This document shows positions 29,724 to 40,080 of a DNA stretch of 53,977 bases, in pieces (the stretch's first letter is position 1; each line of letters opens with the position of its first letter). Made by a program: the position numbers and the translations under genes. Source of the stretch: an uncultured virus (IMG/VR IMGVR_UViG_3300017783_000004) (lineage: Duplodnaviria > Heunggongvirae > Uroviricota > Caudoviricetes); the IMG/VR virus record IMGVR_UViG_3300017783_000004. One strand, written 5' to 3'. The notes below the pieces were generated by a model. The model was not told the origin of the DNA. It saw nothing but the letters and a program-made list of their open reading frames with translations, and did not search any database.

Positions 29724-31601
29724 TTATATTTTAAGTATTGATACACTTTCATTCTCTAAAGGCATCGAATTGAAAACTATTTTGCCATCTGAGATTCTAT
29801 AATCACCTGTACCCAAGAGACCTAGGGTCTGTTCTACGCCATTTTTAAACACTTTTAAATCTCCAGACGAAGTTGGAATGGTAAATCTATCTGTTTCTCC
29901 GTCTGTTGTCTGAAAATTAACTTCGTTATCAATGTTTACATCATTACCACTTGGTCTAGGTGACACTGGTGTGTTTCTTTGACTAGTAGACATGACGCCT
30001 GCGATGCCAGCAATTCCAGGAATCGTAAATGGCATACCGATTAGTTTTAGAAAGTCGCACCATGTTAAGAACATGAACTCAAATATCTTACCTAAACCTA
30101 TTGCACTGAAAAACTTCTTAACAATCTTAACCCATGCAAAGAGAATCTTTTTATGCCAGTTCAATTTAAAGTCCTGAAATTCTAAAGAAATCTCTGCAAT
30201 CTTTTCTTCTATAGATTCAGTGGTGGATTCTATTTTACCACCTATCATTTTTAGAATATCATAACCAAAAATACTTATCTCTGATATAGAATCTAATATA
30301 CCTTGATGAAAATCTCTAACTTCTTTTAGAAGTTCGTCTTCTAATTTTCTTTTCTCTTCTTCTTTCTTGTCTAACTCTTCTGATAATTTTATATGGTCAT
30401 CCATACTAATGTTATCATCTGCCATCTTTGTTTTGATTTCTTCAATTTCTTTCTTAAGTCGATTTATGTCAACAAGCATTCCTGCTTTTGTTTGTTTGAA
30501 CTTCTCTTTGATTGATGCAATCTTTGCCTCTATCAATGCACCAATATCTAAATTCATAATAGCAATCAATTCTGAGAAAGGTAATTTAGGTAAACCAAGT
30601 AAGTCCCAAATTTCTTTAAATACCTTTATGAGTTTTTCAAATGCTTTGACATGTGCATTTTGAACCCATTCTTTGATTTCAGTCTTAATGTACTTCCAAG
30701 ATAACTTGGCTTTTGCCTCATCATCTATAACACCAAACTCACCATCAAAGTTTCTAAACTCTTCTGGTATCATGTTGAAAAACTTATCTACAAGTTCTTT
30801 TTTTGTTATGTATAATGCATCTATTTCTTCTTGCAGTTTGTTTATCTGGTCTTGTAAGTCTGCATGTTCATCTAAAGTTAAATCAGGATTCTTTTGTTTC
30901 TCTTTTAAGTCTGCAATTTGTTTTTGTTTAGCAACTATTTGAGTGACGAAATTCTTACCTGCAAGTTGGTCTTGCAACTCTGTACGATAACTAGGACTGG
31001 TAACTAGTTTTAAAATGTTGATTGATAGTCCCATAATATTGATATTGAAATCAAACGGTACTAACTTACCAACTAACTCTGCAATCTTTACTGGTATGTA
31101 AGTATGAAACTCTGCAAGTAATTCTTCAAAGGCATCTTTCGCCTCTTTTTGCCAATCTCTATTTTGTTTATCCTCAGTTTTAGTCCAATATGGCGACAAT
31201 GCTTTTTCTAATGTTTCTACAAATTCTTCTATTGTCTTTACAACTTCATCTATCTCTTTTTGCATTCCTTCTACTAATGCTGTCTGAATGTAGTTTTCTT
31301 TCTTTTCAATCTCTGCTTGTATTTCTGCAATCTCTTCTTCTGACAACTCAGGATTCTTTATGAGTTCTTGTAGTTCAGCAATTTCTTTTTCTCGTTTTGC
31401 TTTATTCTCTTGAAATTTTGCTTGAAGTTCACCAGGTATGGCAGCGATTTCATTAAATGCGTTTGTGATATCTGCTCTAGTTGGTAGAGAGAATATGTCT
31501 CCTTCTGGACAAGGAAATTTATCAGCAATACTCTTAGATGATTCTGTTTCTAATTTCTGCTCTTCTACTTGTTTCTCTAAGACTTCTGTTAGTGTTGTCA
31601 T
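29724..31601 (-). CDS. Unknown helical/coiled-coil protein with amphipathic segments (625 aa), probably baseplate-associated
   Basis: Long ORF between gp5 and gp25; E/K-rich helices; small C-terminal VFKNG..DY domain. Confidence 0.6.
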   Translation of the reverse strand: MTTLTEVLEKQVEEQKLETESSKSIADKFPCPEGDIFSLPTRADITNAFNEIAAIPGELQAKFQENKAKREKEIAELQELIKNPELSEEEIAEIQAEIEKKENYIQTALVEGMQKEIDEVVKTIEEFVETLEKALSPYWTKTEDKQNRDWQKEAKDAFEELLAEFHTYIPVKIAELVGKLVPFDFNINIMGLSINILKLVTSPSYRTELQDQLAGKNFVTQIVAKQKQIADLKEKQKNPDLTLDEHADLQDQINKLQEEIDALYITKKELVDKFFNMIPEEFRNFDGEFGVIDDEAKAKLSWKYIKTEIKEWVQNAHVKAFEKLIKVFKEIWDLLGLPKLPFSELIAIMNLDIGALIEAKIASIKEKFKQTKAGMLVDINRLKKEIEEIKTKMADDNISMDDHIKLSEELDKKEEEKRKLEDELLKEVRDFHQGILDSISEISIFGYDILKMIGGKIESTTESIEEKIAEISLEFQDFKLNWHKKILFAWVKIVKKFFSAIGLGKIFEFMFLTWCDFLKLIGMPFTIPGIAGIAGVMSTSQRNTPVSPRPSGNDVNIDNEVNFQTTDGETDRFTIPTSSGDLKVFKNGVEQTLGLLGTGDYRISDGKIVFNSMPLENESVSILKI

Positions 31602-31603
31602 GA

Positions 31604-32641
31604 TTAACTGTTAGGTCTAAATTTCTGTGCTTGTACAATAACCTCTTTACCAGATTTCAAAGTAATGTTATCACCAGCTGATAATTCTAGTTTACCAGAG
31701 ACATCAATCTTACCATCGTTATAACCTTTGATGTCTACTTTACCATTTGCGTGTATCTTCGCATCACCTAAAACTCTAACATTGACATTACCACCAACGA
31801 ATAGGTCGTTATCTTTACATATAACTGTATAGTTGTCATTCACTACTCTATGAATCTCATTACCGTCTGCATCTATTTCATAGAAAGTACCTGTTCTATG
31901 TTCTACTGAGATTCTCTCATTGCCTCTTGTATCATCTAGTTCTAAGATGTGACCAGATTCAGTGTACAATGCTTTGTTGAAAGGATACATAGGGGTTGCA
32001 TTTGACTTAGCATTTGTGATATACTCGGACATATCCCTTGAGTCATACTTTGCATCACCTGTTGTAAATACATTTACATCTGTTGCATCTTTGACTAAAG
32101 GATAGTAAGGCAACTCTTTATCTGCCTCTGTAAATTCTTCTCTCTTTGAACCTGCCCCACCATATGTTATGCCGGCATCTTTAAGTAATTGTGGAGATTT
32201 TTCTAGTGAAAGAGATAATGAGTTTGGTCTTTGTGGAGCACTAGGTGGATTTAAACCATCATTCGTTCCACTGTAATCTGCCTCAGTCTTTCTTCTAGGG
32301 TCATTGAAACCTTTATCTACACTACGAAGAATTAATTCATCGGTTATAGTTTCTTTATATCCTTGTTGTGAGATACCTTGTTGAACACCCATGACAACAA
32401 AGTCTTGCATGTCTTCATCTCTCCAGAAACCAAATACAGTAGTTCCCTCTACGAGAGAATGTTGAATACCAAAACCACCAAGACCAGCATTTGTTGTGGG
32501 CATGATAACATGTGACCAAGGTAAGTCTGGTGAGGATATTTTATTCTTATCATCCGTATGACAACCATGAACACGAACTCTAACACGACCAATCTTCAGT
32601 GGGTCGTTTCTATCTTCTACTATGCCGTAATACCAATCCAT
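31604..32641 (-). CDS. gp5: Baseplate hub/spike gp5 (no lysozyme domain)
   Basis: GIVEDRNDPLKIGRVRVR OB-fold; YPFNK...TESGH..ELDDT...ERI...HRTGTF; short beta-helix. Confidence 0.9.
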   Translation of the reverse strand: MDWYYGIVEDRNDPLKIGRVRVRVHGCHTDDKNKISSPDLPWSHVIMPTTNAGLGGFGIQHSLVEGTTVFGFWRDEDMQDFVVMGVQQGISQQGYKETITDELILRSVDKGFNDPRRKTEADYSGTNDGLNPPSAPQRPNSLSLSLEKSPQLLKDAGITYGGAGSKREEFTEADKELPYYPLVKDATDVNVFTTGDAKYDSRDMSEYITNAKSNATPMYPFNKALYTESGHILELDDTRGNERISVEHRTGTFYEIDADGNEIHRVVNDNYTVICKDNDLFVGGNVNVRVLGDAKIHANGKVDIKGYNDGKIDVSGKLELSAGDNITLKSGKEVIVQAQKFRPNS

Positions 32642-34125
32642 TATGATGCCTCTGGTTTAGATACTTTGTCTAATGGTTTATATGTTGTTATATCTACACC
32701 ATAACTTTCTTTGATTGTTTGTAATGTCAACTTTCCTGTGTTCGCTAATGGGTTTATACTTACAGTCATCTTACCTATTAAATATCTATTATCCATCATT
32801 TCATCTCCAGGTTGGTCATCATCCTTTTTCTCATGTGTTGGTAGAGTCAATTTGACTACAGTGCCAACTGAGATATCACTTCTAAATGGTATAACAACTT
32901 TAACTACATTTTGTTCAAACATAGATAATAATGCTCTTCTTTCAAGTGGTCCAGAATCTCTGTATTCTTGTCCCTTTTGTTGTGTTATAGATTTATTGCC
33001 ACTAGCGTCTACTAATTTTGCTTCATCTGAAAATGCATTTGTCATATTTACTTTGTGCATGACATAAGAATCGTATGATACATCGGGTGCATAGTCTATA
33101 GTTTCTTCACTGAACTCTGGACTATCAGCAGAAGAAATCATATCATCTGCTTTGTAAATTGTTTCGGGTGAAGAAGTTCTTATCATAGGAAACTTAGATA
33201 CATGTCCGTCATCGTTTCCTCTCTCAAAGACTTTTGTTATAGAGTATACATTTTCTTCTTCTAGTTTTCTAACTGGATCATAAGTTTTTAACATCGATGC
33301 ATATGAACCATGAGATACACCTTTCATTGTATTGAATCTTTGAGGCATTTCATAATTTATTATTTGAGTATTCAATCCAATGTATTCTTCATTTAAGTCG
33401 TGGTCTTCAGTAGAAACATTGTTTCTTGGATAGAAGTCAAACCCTATAGGAAATTCTCTTGCGACCATACTCTGAAAACCATCAAATCTAAATTCACCAC
33501 TAAGAGTTTGATAAAAGAACATACTATTCTTCCAAGATTTGTTTGATTTCAACTCTGCATTTTCACATATAAAACTTATGAACTTATTAATGTTCCAATT
33601 TGGTACAACTACTTGATTATATCCTGGTTCTGTTTCGTCCCATTTATCATAACCAACTTTAGGAAGTGTTTTGAAACCTCCGTTCTCTTCTAAGACTTGT
33701 AGCAACATATTAGAATATGAACCACGAAGAGTTTGATTAATTTTAGTCTTATGACATATAAAGAATTTGGGGTCTACAAAATGTAGTACATATGATTTAG
33801 TAATTTGGTCAATTGTTTTAATGTTAGTGACACTGTAAATTCTGAATACTTTATCAATAGAAAATTCTGGTGATGACATCTCATCATTTGAACCTTCTCT
33901 TTGTCTCACTTTAATTGTGAGTGATTCTTGACCAACTAGTTTATAGTTTTTGATAATATCTAAACCATCAACAACAGTTATACGACCAGACAAGAATGGT
34001 TTATCTATTGATTCGTATATGGTTATGTTAGATGTTAATCCAAGTATATCTACTGATTCCTTTTCTGGATTTACTATAGATACTGAATCAACAACAAGTT
34101 CGCCTTGTTGATAATTATTACTCAT
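32641..34125 (-). CDS. Baseplate hub protein, gp27-like by position
   Basis: ITIYESIDKPFLSG N-terminus, FFYQT and terminal YLI motifs; lies between gp53 and gp5. Confidence 0.6.
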   Translation of the reverse strand: MSNNYQQGELVVDSVSIVNPEKESVDILGLTSNITIYESIDKPFLSGRITVVDGLDIIKNYKLVGQESLTIKVRQREGSNDEMSSPEFSIDKVFRIYSVTNIKTIDQITKSYVLHFVDPKFFICHKTKINQTLRGSYSNMLLQVLEENGGFKTLPKVGYDKWDETEPGYNQVVVPNWNINKFISFICENAELKSNKSWKNSMFFYQTLSGEFRFDGFQSMVAREFPIGFDFYPRNNVSTEDHDLNEEYIGLNTQIINYEMPQRFNTMKGVSHGSYASMLKTYDPVRKLEEENVYSITKVFERGNDDGHVSKFPMIRTSSPETIYKADDMISSADSPEFSEETIDYAPDVSYDSYVMHKVNMTNAFSDEAKLVDASGNKSITQQKGQEYRDSGPLERRALLSMFEQNVVKVVIPFRSDISVGTVVKLTLPTHEKKDDDQPGDEMMDNRYLIGKMTVSINPLANTGKLTLQTIKESYGVDITTYKPLDKVSKPEAS

Positions 34126-34859
34126 GATGTCATTACTTTTTCAAATCTTCTCACTATGTTGTTTATGATATTGGGTGAGATGACTTTTATATGTCTCTTA
34201 GATTCGTTTAAATCGTATTCGCAATCATAGATTGTTTTTGAAGTGTAGCCTACAGCGGATTGATTCTTTCTAAGACCGTCTGCGTTCTCATAATACTTTA
34301 CGCCATCTCTATGATTTATTACTGAACTTGGTGTAAATGTTCTTGTTGAAACTTTACCTGTTATTGTTTCGCCTGAGACAAAACTTCCTGATACAGTCTC
34401 AATTGCAATTCTGTATTTTTCAGGTTCAACAGTTATAATTCTTCCTTCTGCTGATACACTTGTGACCTTTTCGCCTAGTAAAAACTTATTAGCATTATCA
34501 CCTGTAAATGATTTGGCAGATACAATCTCAGTAGTTGTAGTTCCTATGGCATACTGACCTGGATATTTTTTATCAATGTATCGTTCAAATGTACCAACAT
34601 CTTTATGCCAATCATAATAGTTTTCTATGTCATTGACAAGAAAGAATGTCCAATGTAGATTACCATTACCATACATCTTCGTTGCAAGTGTGTCTGGTCT
34701 TTCACCATCGGTCAATGAGTATAGTTCATACTCTACTAATGAGTTTACTGATTCTTGTTCTATCTTAGACTTTCTAAAGAAGTCTTTGATGTATACAATC
34801 TTACCATCAGAAAGTTGATATTGAATCTCTGGAAAATTACTAAAAAATTTATCTGCCAT
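34122..34859 (-). CDS. gp53: Baseplate wedge subunit gp53
   Basis: FFSNFPEIQY, DGERPD.LA...YG...LHW and E..LNESKR.IK motifs. Confidence 0.88.
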   Translation of the reverse strand: MADKFFSNFPEIQYQLSDGKIVYIKDFFRKSKIEQESVNSLVEYELYSLTDGERPDTLATKMYGNGNLHWTFFLVNDIENYYDWHKDVGTFERYIDKKYPGQYAIGTTTTEIVSAKSFTGDNANKFLLGEKVTSVSAEGRIITVEPEKYRIAIETVSGSFVSGETITGKVSTRTFTPSSVINHRDGVKYYENADGLRKNQSAVGYTSKTIYDCEYDLNESKRHIKVISPNIINNIVRRFEKVMTS

Positions 34860-36080
34860 TTATCGAGGTCCTCCAAATGTTCCGCCGAAGTTTGGTCTAC
34901 CTACTGGTGTACTGCCACCTGAACCTTGTTCTGGTTTGTCTATCGTGTCTTTGTATTCTTCGTTTGAACTTGACGATGCGTTAAATGCTGTATCGGTTGT
35001 GTATGGTCTACTACCATCATAAACAGCAGTAGGACTAATTGATTCATAATTACCAAGAGTCATAGTCTTAATCTCTAAGAAGTTAAGTGTCAACTGTATA
35101 TGAACAGGATTACCATCAGCAAATGTTGAGAACTTCTGACCACCAGTATAGTCTACCTGTGCGTTTGTACAAACAGCAGGTAAGAAACCATCTACTTTAC
35201 TTCCCATTGGACCTTCAAATGATATTTCAAATACATTCGGATAATTAAAATAACTTGCGTTTAGGTCCGCATCTTTTACTACCTGTTTCATCTTAGGGTC
35301 AAAATCTTTACCAAACATACCTTCACCATCTTTTAATATATCAAAACTTTCTGAGTATGCATCTGGTAACATAGAACTTCTGAATGTGTAGATAATTTCG
35401 TTTACCATTGCAGCTTCGTCTGCTGATTTGGCCCAAAAGTCAAATGTAAAGTCCCATGACCTAAAAGGAACACCATCTAAGAATTGTTCTTGTAATGGAT
35501 TACTTGCACGACCAGCTTTTAGATTCGTTAAACCACCTTGCATGGTGTTGACTGCATTTTGTAAGAACTTTGTTCCCATTTTCTTAGCGCCTTCAGTAAT
35601 ACTACCATCGAATCCTTCGAAATTAGTTATCAACTCATCTATAGTTCTCTGAAATGTATTAACACCCTCGTTTCTATATGTCACGGCAGCCTGTGATATA
35701 ACTGCATCTGGAACATACAATGCAATTGTTCTGTTTTTATGCACAGCATGAGATACAAATTCTCCTCTTGCCTTTCTTGGTCTGATATCAAAGACTAAGT
35801 AATTCTCTAATCTGTCATGAAAGGGATAAACTATATTAGTTCCCCTAACAGAAGGTGGTTTAGCAGAATGACCTCTGGCCATACCAGAAGAACTTAATTG
35901 TTTTTCTAGTGAACTTCTTCTACTGTTGATTAAATCTTCTGCAGCTCCTTTCTCAAGACCCAAAGCATCGATAGCTGTTGTGTAGTTGATAGACTGAATT
36001 TTACTCTGAATACCTTTAATGCTGTTGACTGCATTTTTTACTTTGTTGAATTTGTTCAGGAGTTTGTCGATATATGCCAT
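34860..36080 (-). CDS. gp48: Baseplate tail-tube cap gp48
   Basis: IALYVP, NP..EQF..G..FRSWDFTF and P..IQLTLNF.E motifs. Confidence 0.8.
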   Translation of the reverse strand: MAYIDKLLNKFNKVKNAVNSIKGIQSKIQSINYTTAIDALGLEKGAAEDLINSRRSSLEKQLSSSGMARGHSAKPPSVRGTNIVYPFHDRLENYLVFDIRPRKARGEFVSHAVHKNRTIALYVPDAVISQAAVTYRNEGVNTFQRTIDELITNFEGFDGSITEGAKKMGTKFLQNAVNTMQGGLTNLKAGRASNPLQEQFLDGVPFRSWDFTFDFWAKSADEAAMVNEIIYTFRSSMLPDAYSESFDILKDGEGMFGKDFDPKMKQVVKDADLNASYFNYPNVFEISFEGPMGSKVDGFLPAVCTNAQVDYTGGQKFSTFADGNPVHIQLTLNFLEIKTMTLGNYESISPTAVYDGSRPYTTDTAFNASSSSNEEYKDTIDKPEQGSGGSTPVGRPNFGGTFGGPR

Positions 36081-36120
36081 ATAAATACTCTTAGATTAAT
36101 CTTTAATATAGTTATTTATG
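36080..36120. promoter_or_regulatory. Face-to-face late promoters: TATAAATA (+, 36080-36087) and CATAAATA (-, 36113-36120)
   Basis: Each overlaps the start codon of the oppositely oriented gene (gp48, gp4). Confidence 0.7.
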
Positions 36121-36558
36121 TCATACAGTGGAAGGTTCAAACCAAAGAACTACAAAAAATATAAAGGAGACCCAACAAAAATCTTTTATCGTTCTCTTTG
36201 GGAGAGAAGATTTATGGTTTATTGCGATGGAAGTGCTTCTATATTAGAATGGGGTAGCGAAGAAGTAATCATACCTTACAGGTCACCTCTCGATAATAGA
36301 ATCCATAGATACTTTCCAGACTTCTATATTAAGTATAAGAATAAACAAGGTAAAATTATTCGTGAAATCATAGAGGTGAAACCTAAAAAATATCTTTCGC
36401 CACCTAAAGAACCCAAAAGAAAAACCAAAAGATACTTAACAGAAGTATCTAACTATGCAGTAAATCAATCAAAGTTCAAAGCTGCCGAAGAGTTTTGTGC
36501 TGAAAGAAAACTTGCATTTAGAATATTAACAGAGGACCATTTAGTACCAAAAAAATGA
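36118..36558 (+). CDS. gp4: Head completion nuclease gp4
   Basis: YSGRFKP.N..KY.GD...I.YRSLWE, W.SEE..IPY, HRYFPDF and IEVKP motifs. Confidence 0.93.
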   Translation: MSYSGRFKPKNYKKYKGDPTKIFYRSLWERRFMVYCDGSASILEWGSEEVIIPYRSPLDNRIHRYFPDFYIKYKNKQGKIIREIIEVKPKKYLSPPKEPKRKTKRYLTEVSNYAVNQSKFKAAEEFCAERKLAFRILTEDHLVPKK

Positions 36559-37151
36559 AGAAACTTTATATGTTCGACCTCGATGGCGTTCTCATCGACT
36601 CGAAGAAAAACATGAACATGTCTTGGGACATAGTTAAACTAGAACACAAAGTAGAACCCACCTTCGAAGACTACTTCAAACATGTGGGCAAACCATTCAA
36701 AACTATATTAACAGAAATAGGTATAACCGAAAATCAATGTGCAATCAAAAAGACTTATGATGAAGCATCATTAATGTCTTGTGAGTTAGTGTCTATATAT
36801 CCTGGTGTAGTAGAAACACTAAACAAGTTGAAAGAAGATGGCCATAAGATTGCCATTGCCACCTCAAAAGATATAGACCGAACAAAGGTAATGATAAAAG
36901 ACTTACCTGAGTTTGATTGTGTTGTTAGTCCTAAATCTGGACTAAGAGGCAAACCTGCGCCTGACCAATTACTATTTGCAACGGCGATGTGTAATGTAGA
37001 CCCACTAGATACTTATTATGTCGGTGATATGCAAACTGATAAATGGGCTGCTGAAAGAGCAGGTATAAAATTCATTCATGTGAAATATGGATATGGACAA
37101 GTGAAATGCGAAATCTCTCTAGACCGAATAGAACAGATAATCACACTGTAG
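36555..37151 (+). CDS. HAD-superfamily phosphatase (subfamily IA)
   Basis: FDLDGVLIDS, ATSK, KPAP and YVGD...D motifs I-IV. Confidence 0.9.
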   Translation: MKKLYMFDLDGVLIDSKKNMNMSWDIVKLEHKVEPTFEDYFKHVGKPFKTILTEIGITENQCAIKKTYDEASLMSCELVSIYPGVVETLNKLKEDGHKIAIATSKDIDRTKVMIKDLPEFDCVVSPKSGLRGKPAPDQLLFATAMCNVDPLDTYYVGDMQTDKWAAERAGIKFIHVKYGYGQVKCEISLDRIEQIITL

Positions 37152-37855
37152 GGTTAATACCTGCACGATGGGAATCAACTAGATTTCCTGGTAAACCTCT
37201 AGCACTAATAAATGATGTGCCTATGATTAGACGAGTGTATGAACAAGCTGCAAAGTGCCAAGAACTTGACAGCATAGTTGTTCTTACAGACGATGAACGA
37301 ATCAATGATTACTGTTCTAAGAATGAGATGCGTTGCGTGATGATAGTAGACGATGTGCGTTCTGGTACAGACAGATGTGCGAAAGCACTAGAGCTGCTAG
37401 ACGGAAATATATTCGTCAACATACAAGGCGATGAACCCCTAATCAATCCTGATGCAATAGATAAATTAATTTGTCATCATACTGGTGGCGTATCAAATGC
37501 ATATGTAAATGTAAAAGATGATTACAAGTTGCACGATAGAAATGTGGTCAAGGTTACTACAGGTACTAATCTACATAATGGTGCATTGTATTATTCTAGG
37601 TTGCCTATACCATACAATCAAAAAGAAAAGTCTATATTCAAACAACAATTAGGTTTGTATGTGTTTGATAGAGAAATGTTAGAGATGTTTCCTATGTTAC
37701 CTATAGGCGAAAATGAAAAATCGGAGTCTGTTGAGATGTTTAGATATATCGAAAACGGATTTAAAGTAAGAATGGTTCTAGTTGATGATGAAGGTCTATC
37801 AGTAGACACACCAAAAGACCTACAAAGAGTCGAGGAGTATATAAAAAATGTTTGA
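37106..37855 (+). CDS. kdsB: 3-deoxy-manno-octulosonate cytidylyltransferase (CMP-Kdo synthetase family)
   Basis: IPARWESTRFPGKPLA, SGTDRC, VNIQGDEP, ALYYSR..IP and SVDTP.DL motifs. Confidence 0.88.
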   Translation: MRNLSRPNRTDNHTVGLIPARWESTRFPGKPLALINDVPMIRRVYEQAAKCQELDSIVVLTDDERINDYCSKNEMRCVMIVDDVRSGTDRCAKALELLDGNIFVNIQGDEPLINPDAIDKLICHHTGGVSNAYVNVKDDYKLHDRNVVKVTTGTNLHNGALYYSRLPIPYNQKEKSIFKQQLGLYVFDREMLEMFPMLPIGENEKSESVEMFRYIENGFKVRMVLVDDEGLSVDTPKDLQRVEEYIKNV

Positions 37856-38723
37856 AGAAGAATCTAAAGAAGAGATAGAGTATAAAAAATCCACATGGTT
37901 TCACTTTCATGAAAAGACTGAGGAAGAGATATCAGAAGAAGTTGCAAAAGCAAAAGAACACTTCGACTGGATTAGTAAAAACTCGCACAAGCCCTATCTA
38001 GTTACCCTAAGAGACTGCGAGGAAAAAGAACTCATAGGTGAAAAAAGTGGAAGATATACCGATGCAATCTTGAATCAATCGGTAACAAGACTACTTAACA
38101 ACATAGACGGTACACCAATAGAACAAAAAACTCTAACAAAGATTACAGGTGAAAATGAAATTGACAATCACTCATATCATACATGTAAAATAATGTATCT
38201 TGTAGACCAATATAGAACTGTTGGACTAGATTCTACTATACAAGGACTAACAGAAGGCAAGTATATCTTTGTTCATCCAGGCATGTCTCGTATTCATGCA
38301 TTATGGTATCTAAAAGCAAGAGAGGAGAAGATAGTTTTGTGGGATAATGTAGGGCATTTTGAAAACAAAGCGCCTCTCCGCTTCGAAGAATGGGTAGATA
38401 TCTTCACTGTAGAAGGCAAAACTAATTTTTACAGTAATATGGATGGTAAGATAATGGAATGTCACATGCAAGAAGATAGACCAAGTATTGCAGGTTCGGT
38501 AGAATTGATTCGTACAATGTTCGATAGAAAATTACCCGTACTCATTGGCAATCCGGATGATGATGTAAAACAGTATGTACGAACAGAAGGTTCGACAGGT
38601 GTAGCGATTGAAACCAAAAATGATTATACTCTAAAGCTAGCTGACCTCACGGAGATTTTAGGACTTTATCCTGAGTCTTGCGAAAGAATCGAAAAAGAAA
38701 ACTTCAATATCTATAAAATTTAA
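37848..38723 (+). CDS. Hypothetical protein (291 aa), possible ParB/Srx-like core
   Basis: Overlaps the kdsB stop; FVHPGMSRIHAL weakly resembles the ParB G..R motif. Confidence 0.55.
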   Translation: MFEEESKEEIEYKKSTWFHFHEKTEEEISEEVAKAKEHFDWISKNSHKPYLVTLRDCEEKELIGEKSGRYTDAILNQSVTRLLNNIDGTPIEQKTLTKITGENEIDNHSYHTCKIMYLVDQYRTVGLDSTIQGLTEGKYIFVHPGMSRIHALWYLKAREEKIVLWDNVGHFENKAPLRFEEWVDIFTVEGKTNFYSNMDGKIMECHMQEDRPSIAGSVELIRTMFDRKLPVLIGNPDDDVKQYVRTEGSTGVAIETKNDYTLKLADLTEILGLYPESCERIEKENFNIYKI

Positions 38724-38731
38724 CATAAATA
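38724..38731 (+). promoter_or_regulatory. Late promoter-like CATAAATA, 6 nt from the gp2 ATG
   Basis: CATAAATA-ataggc-ATG. Confidence 0.6.
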
Positions 38732-38737
38732 ATAGGC

Positions 38738-39370
38738 ATGGAAAGTCTATTAGATATTTTAAGAACTGAAAAACCTGTCGAACTAGAACAAAGGTCTTTA
38801 CAAGCATTGACTTGGTTTAGACAAAGAGTTCAGACCATGAAGTTATCTGGTGAAGGTTTTTATAGACAATCAGAATTAAGAAAAGCGAAAAGATATTTAG
38901 AAGGTAGAATGTATCTTTTCTTTTATGATGCAAAGACTAAAGATAAACTTCCTTATTGGGATAGATTTCCTTTAATCTTTATATTAGAGATTACACAGGA
39001 CGGATTTACAGGACTTAATTTGCATTATCTTCCGCCTAGACTTCGTGTTAGATTTTTGTATGAGTTGTACAAGTATGAGATACAAGAACCAGACGAAGAG
39101 ATACTAGGTCAAGGAGACAAGTTGGATATGTACCATGCTGAACTTATGCGTTCAAAAATTAGAATGACATATGAGATGATATCAAGTATCAGAAAACTAA
39201 GATACTTTAAGGCGTGTTATAGAAAATATCTAACAACACAAATTATAAACAGACCACTTGAGGTGACTCCTGATTATTGGGACTCAATTGCAATGTTACC
39301 ACTTGCCCAATGGCAAAAGAAAGAACAAAAAGAAATATGGAAAGAAAGTCTGGAGAAAATAAATGGCTGA
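38738..39370 (+). CDS. gp2: DNA end protector gp2
   Basis: GRMY.F.YDAKTKDKLPYWDRFPLI and GLNLHYLPP motifs. Confidence 0.92.
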   Translation: MESLLDILRTEKPVELEQRSLQALTWFRQRVQTMKLSGEGFYRQSELRKAKRYLEGRMYLFFYDAKTKDKLPYWDRFPLIFILEITQDGFTGLNLHYLPPRLRVRFLYELYKYEIQEPDEEILGQGDKLDMYHAELMRSKIRMTYEMISSIRKLRYFKACYRKYLTTQIINRPLEVTPDYWDSIAMLPLAQWQKKEQKEIWKESLEKING

Positions 39371-40052
39371 TAGATTAAACATAGATAAACTAAGACACAA
39401 CTTTGACCAAGGTGCCAGAGCAAATAGATTTCAAGTAAATTTCTTTTGCGATACTCTATTTGGTGCAAAGTCTTTTGAGGGACTAAGATGTATCACCGCA
39501 TCATTACCAGGCAGACAATTAGAAACTGCTGATTGGTCTGAATATGGACCAACTAGAAAGTTGCCTTACAACTTAACACATGACGGAGGTGAAGTATCAT
39601 TCACTTTCTTATGTGACTCAACATTTGCTGATAGATATGTAATAGAGGCATGGCAGGCCGCAGTGTTTAGAGGAAAAGATTCCGGAACTTCAATCAATCC
39701 ACAATTCTCATACTATAACGATTACATTGGTGAGATTGAAATATCACAAATAACAAATTCAGATAAAGACTCATTGGTCTATAAACTTTACGAAGCATAT
39801 CCAGTATCTTTTGCACAACAAGAATTGAATTCTGAGAGTGGAGATATAATGAGATTTGAATGTACCTTTGCATTTAGAACATTTACAACAGATTATAAAA
39901 AACCTAACTCTGTAAGTGGCATAAATAAAGGAAGAAGATTCTTAGATGTACTTAATGATTTAAGAAATTTAAGAAATGGCGGCAACTCTAGTAGTGATGC
40001 CGGACAAAGATTTCAAGATAGACTTGCTAGACTAGACGGTCTTTTTGGATAG
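39363..40052 (+). CDS. Tail tube family protein (gp19/gp54-like)
   Basis: GARANRF.V, C..ASLPG, W...V, Y.L.EAYP and F..TFAFR motifs; lies upstream of gp26. Confidence 0.75.
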   Translation: MADRLNIDKLRHNFDQGARANRFQVNFFCDTLFGAKSFEGLRCITASLPGRQLETADWSEYGPTRKLPYNLTHDGGEVSFTFLCDSTFADRYVIEAWQAAVFRGKDSGTSINPQFSYYNDYIGEIEISQITNSDKDSLVYKLYEAYPVSFAQQELNSESGDIMRFECTFAFRTFTTDYKKPNSVSGINKGRRFLDVLNDLRNLRNGGNSSSDAGQRFQDRLARLDGLFG

Positions 40053-40080
40053 TATATAATAAATTAGGAGAAACTACATT

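Noticed and set aside
1615..35652. Numerous 60-230 aa plus-strand ORFs, including Gly-Thr-rich 16026-16709
   Set aside because: Fully antisense to well-supported structural genes. 16026-16709 is the mirror of the Pro-rich insert.
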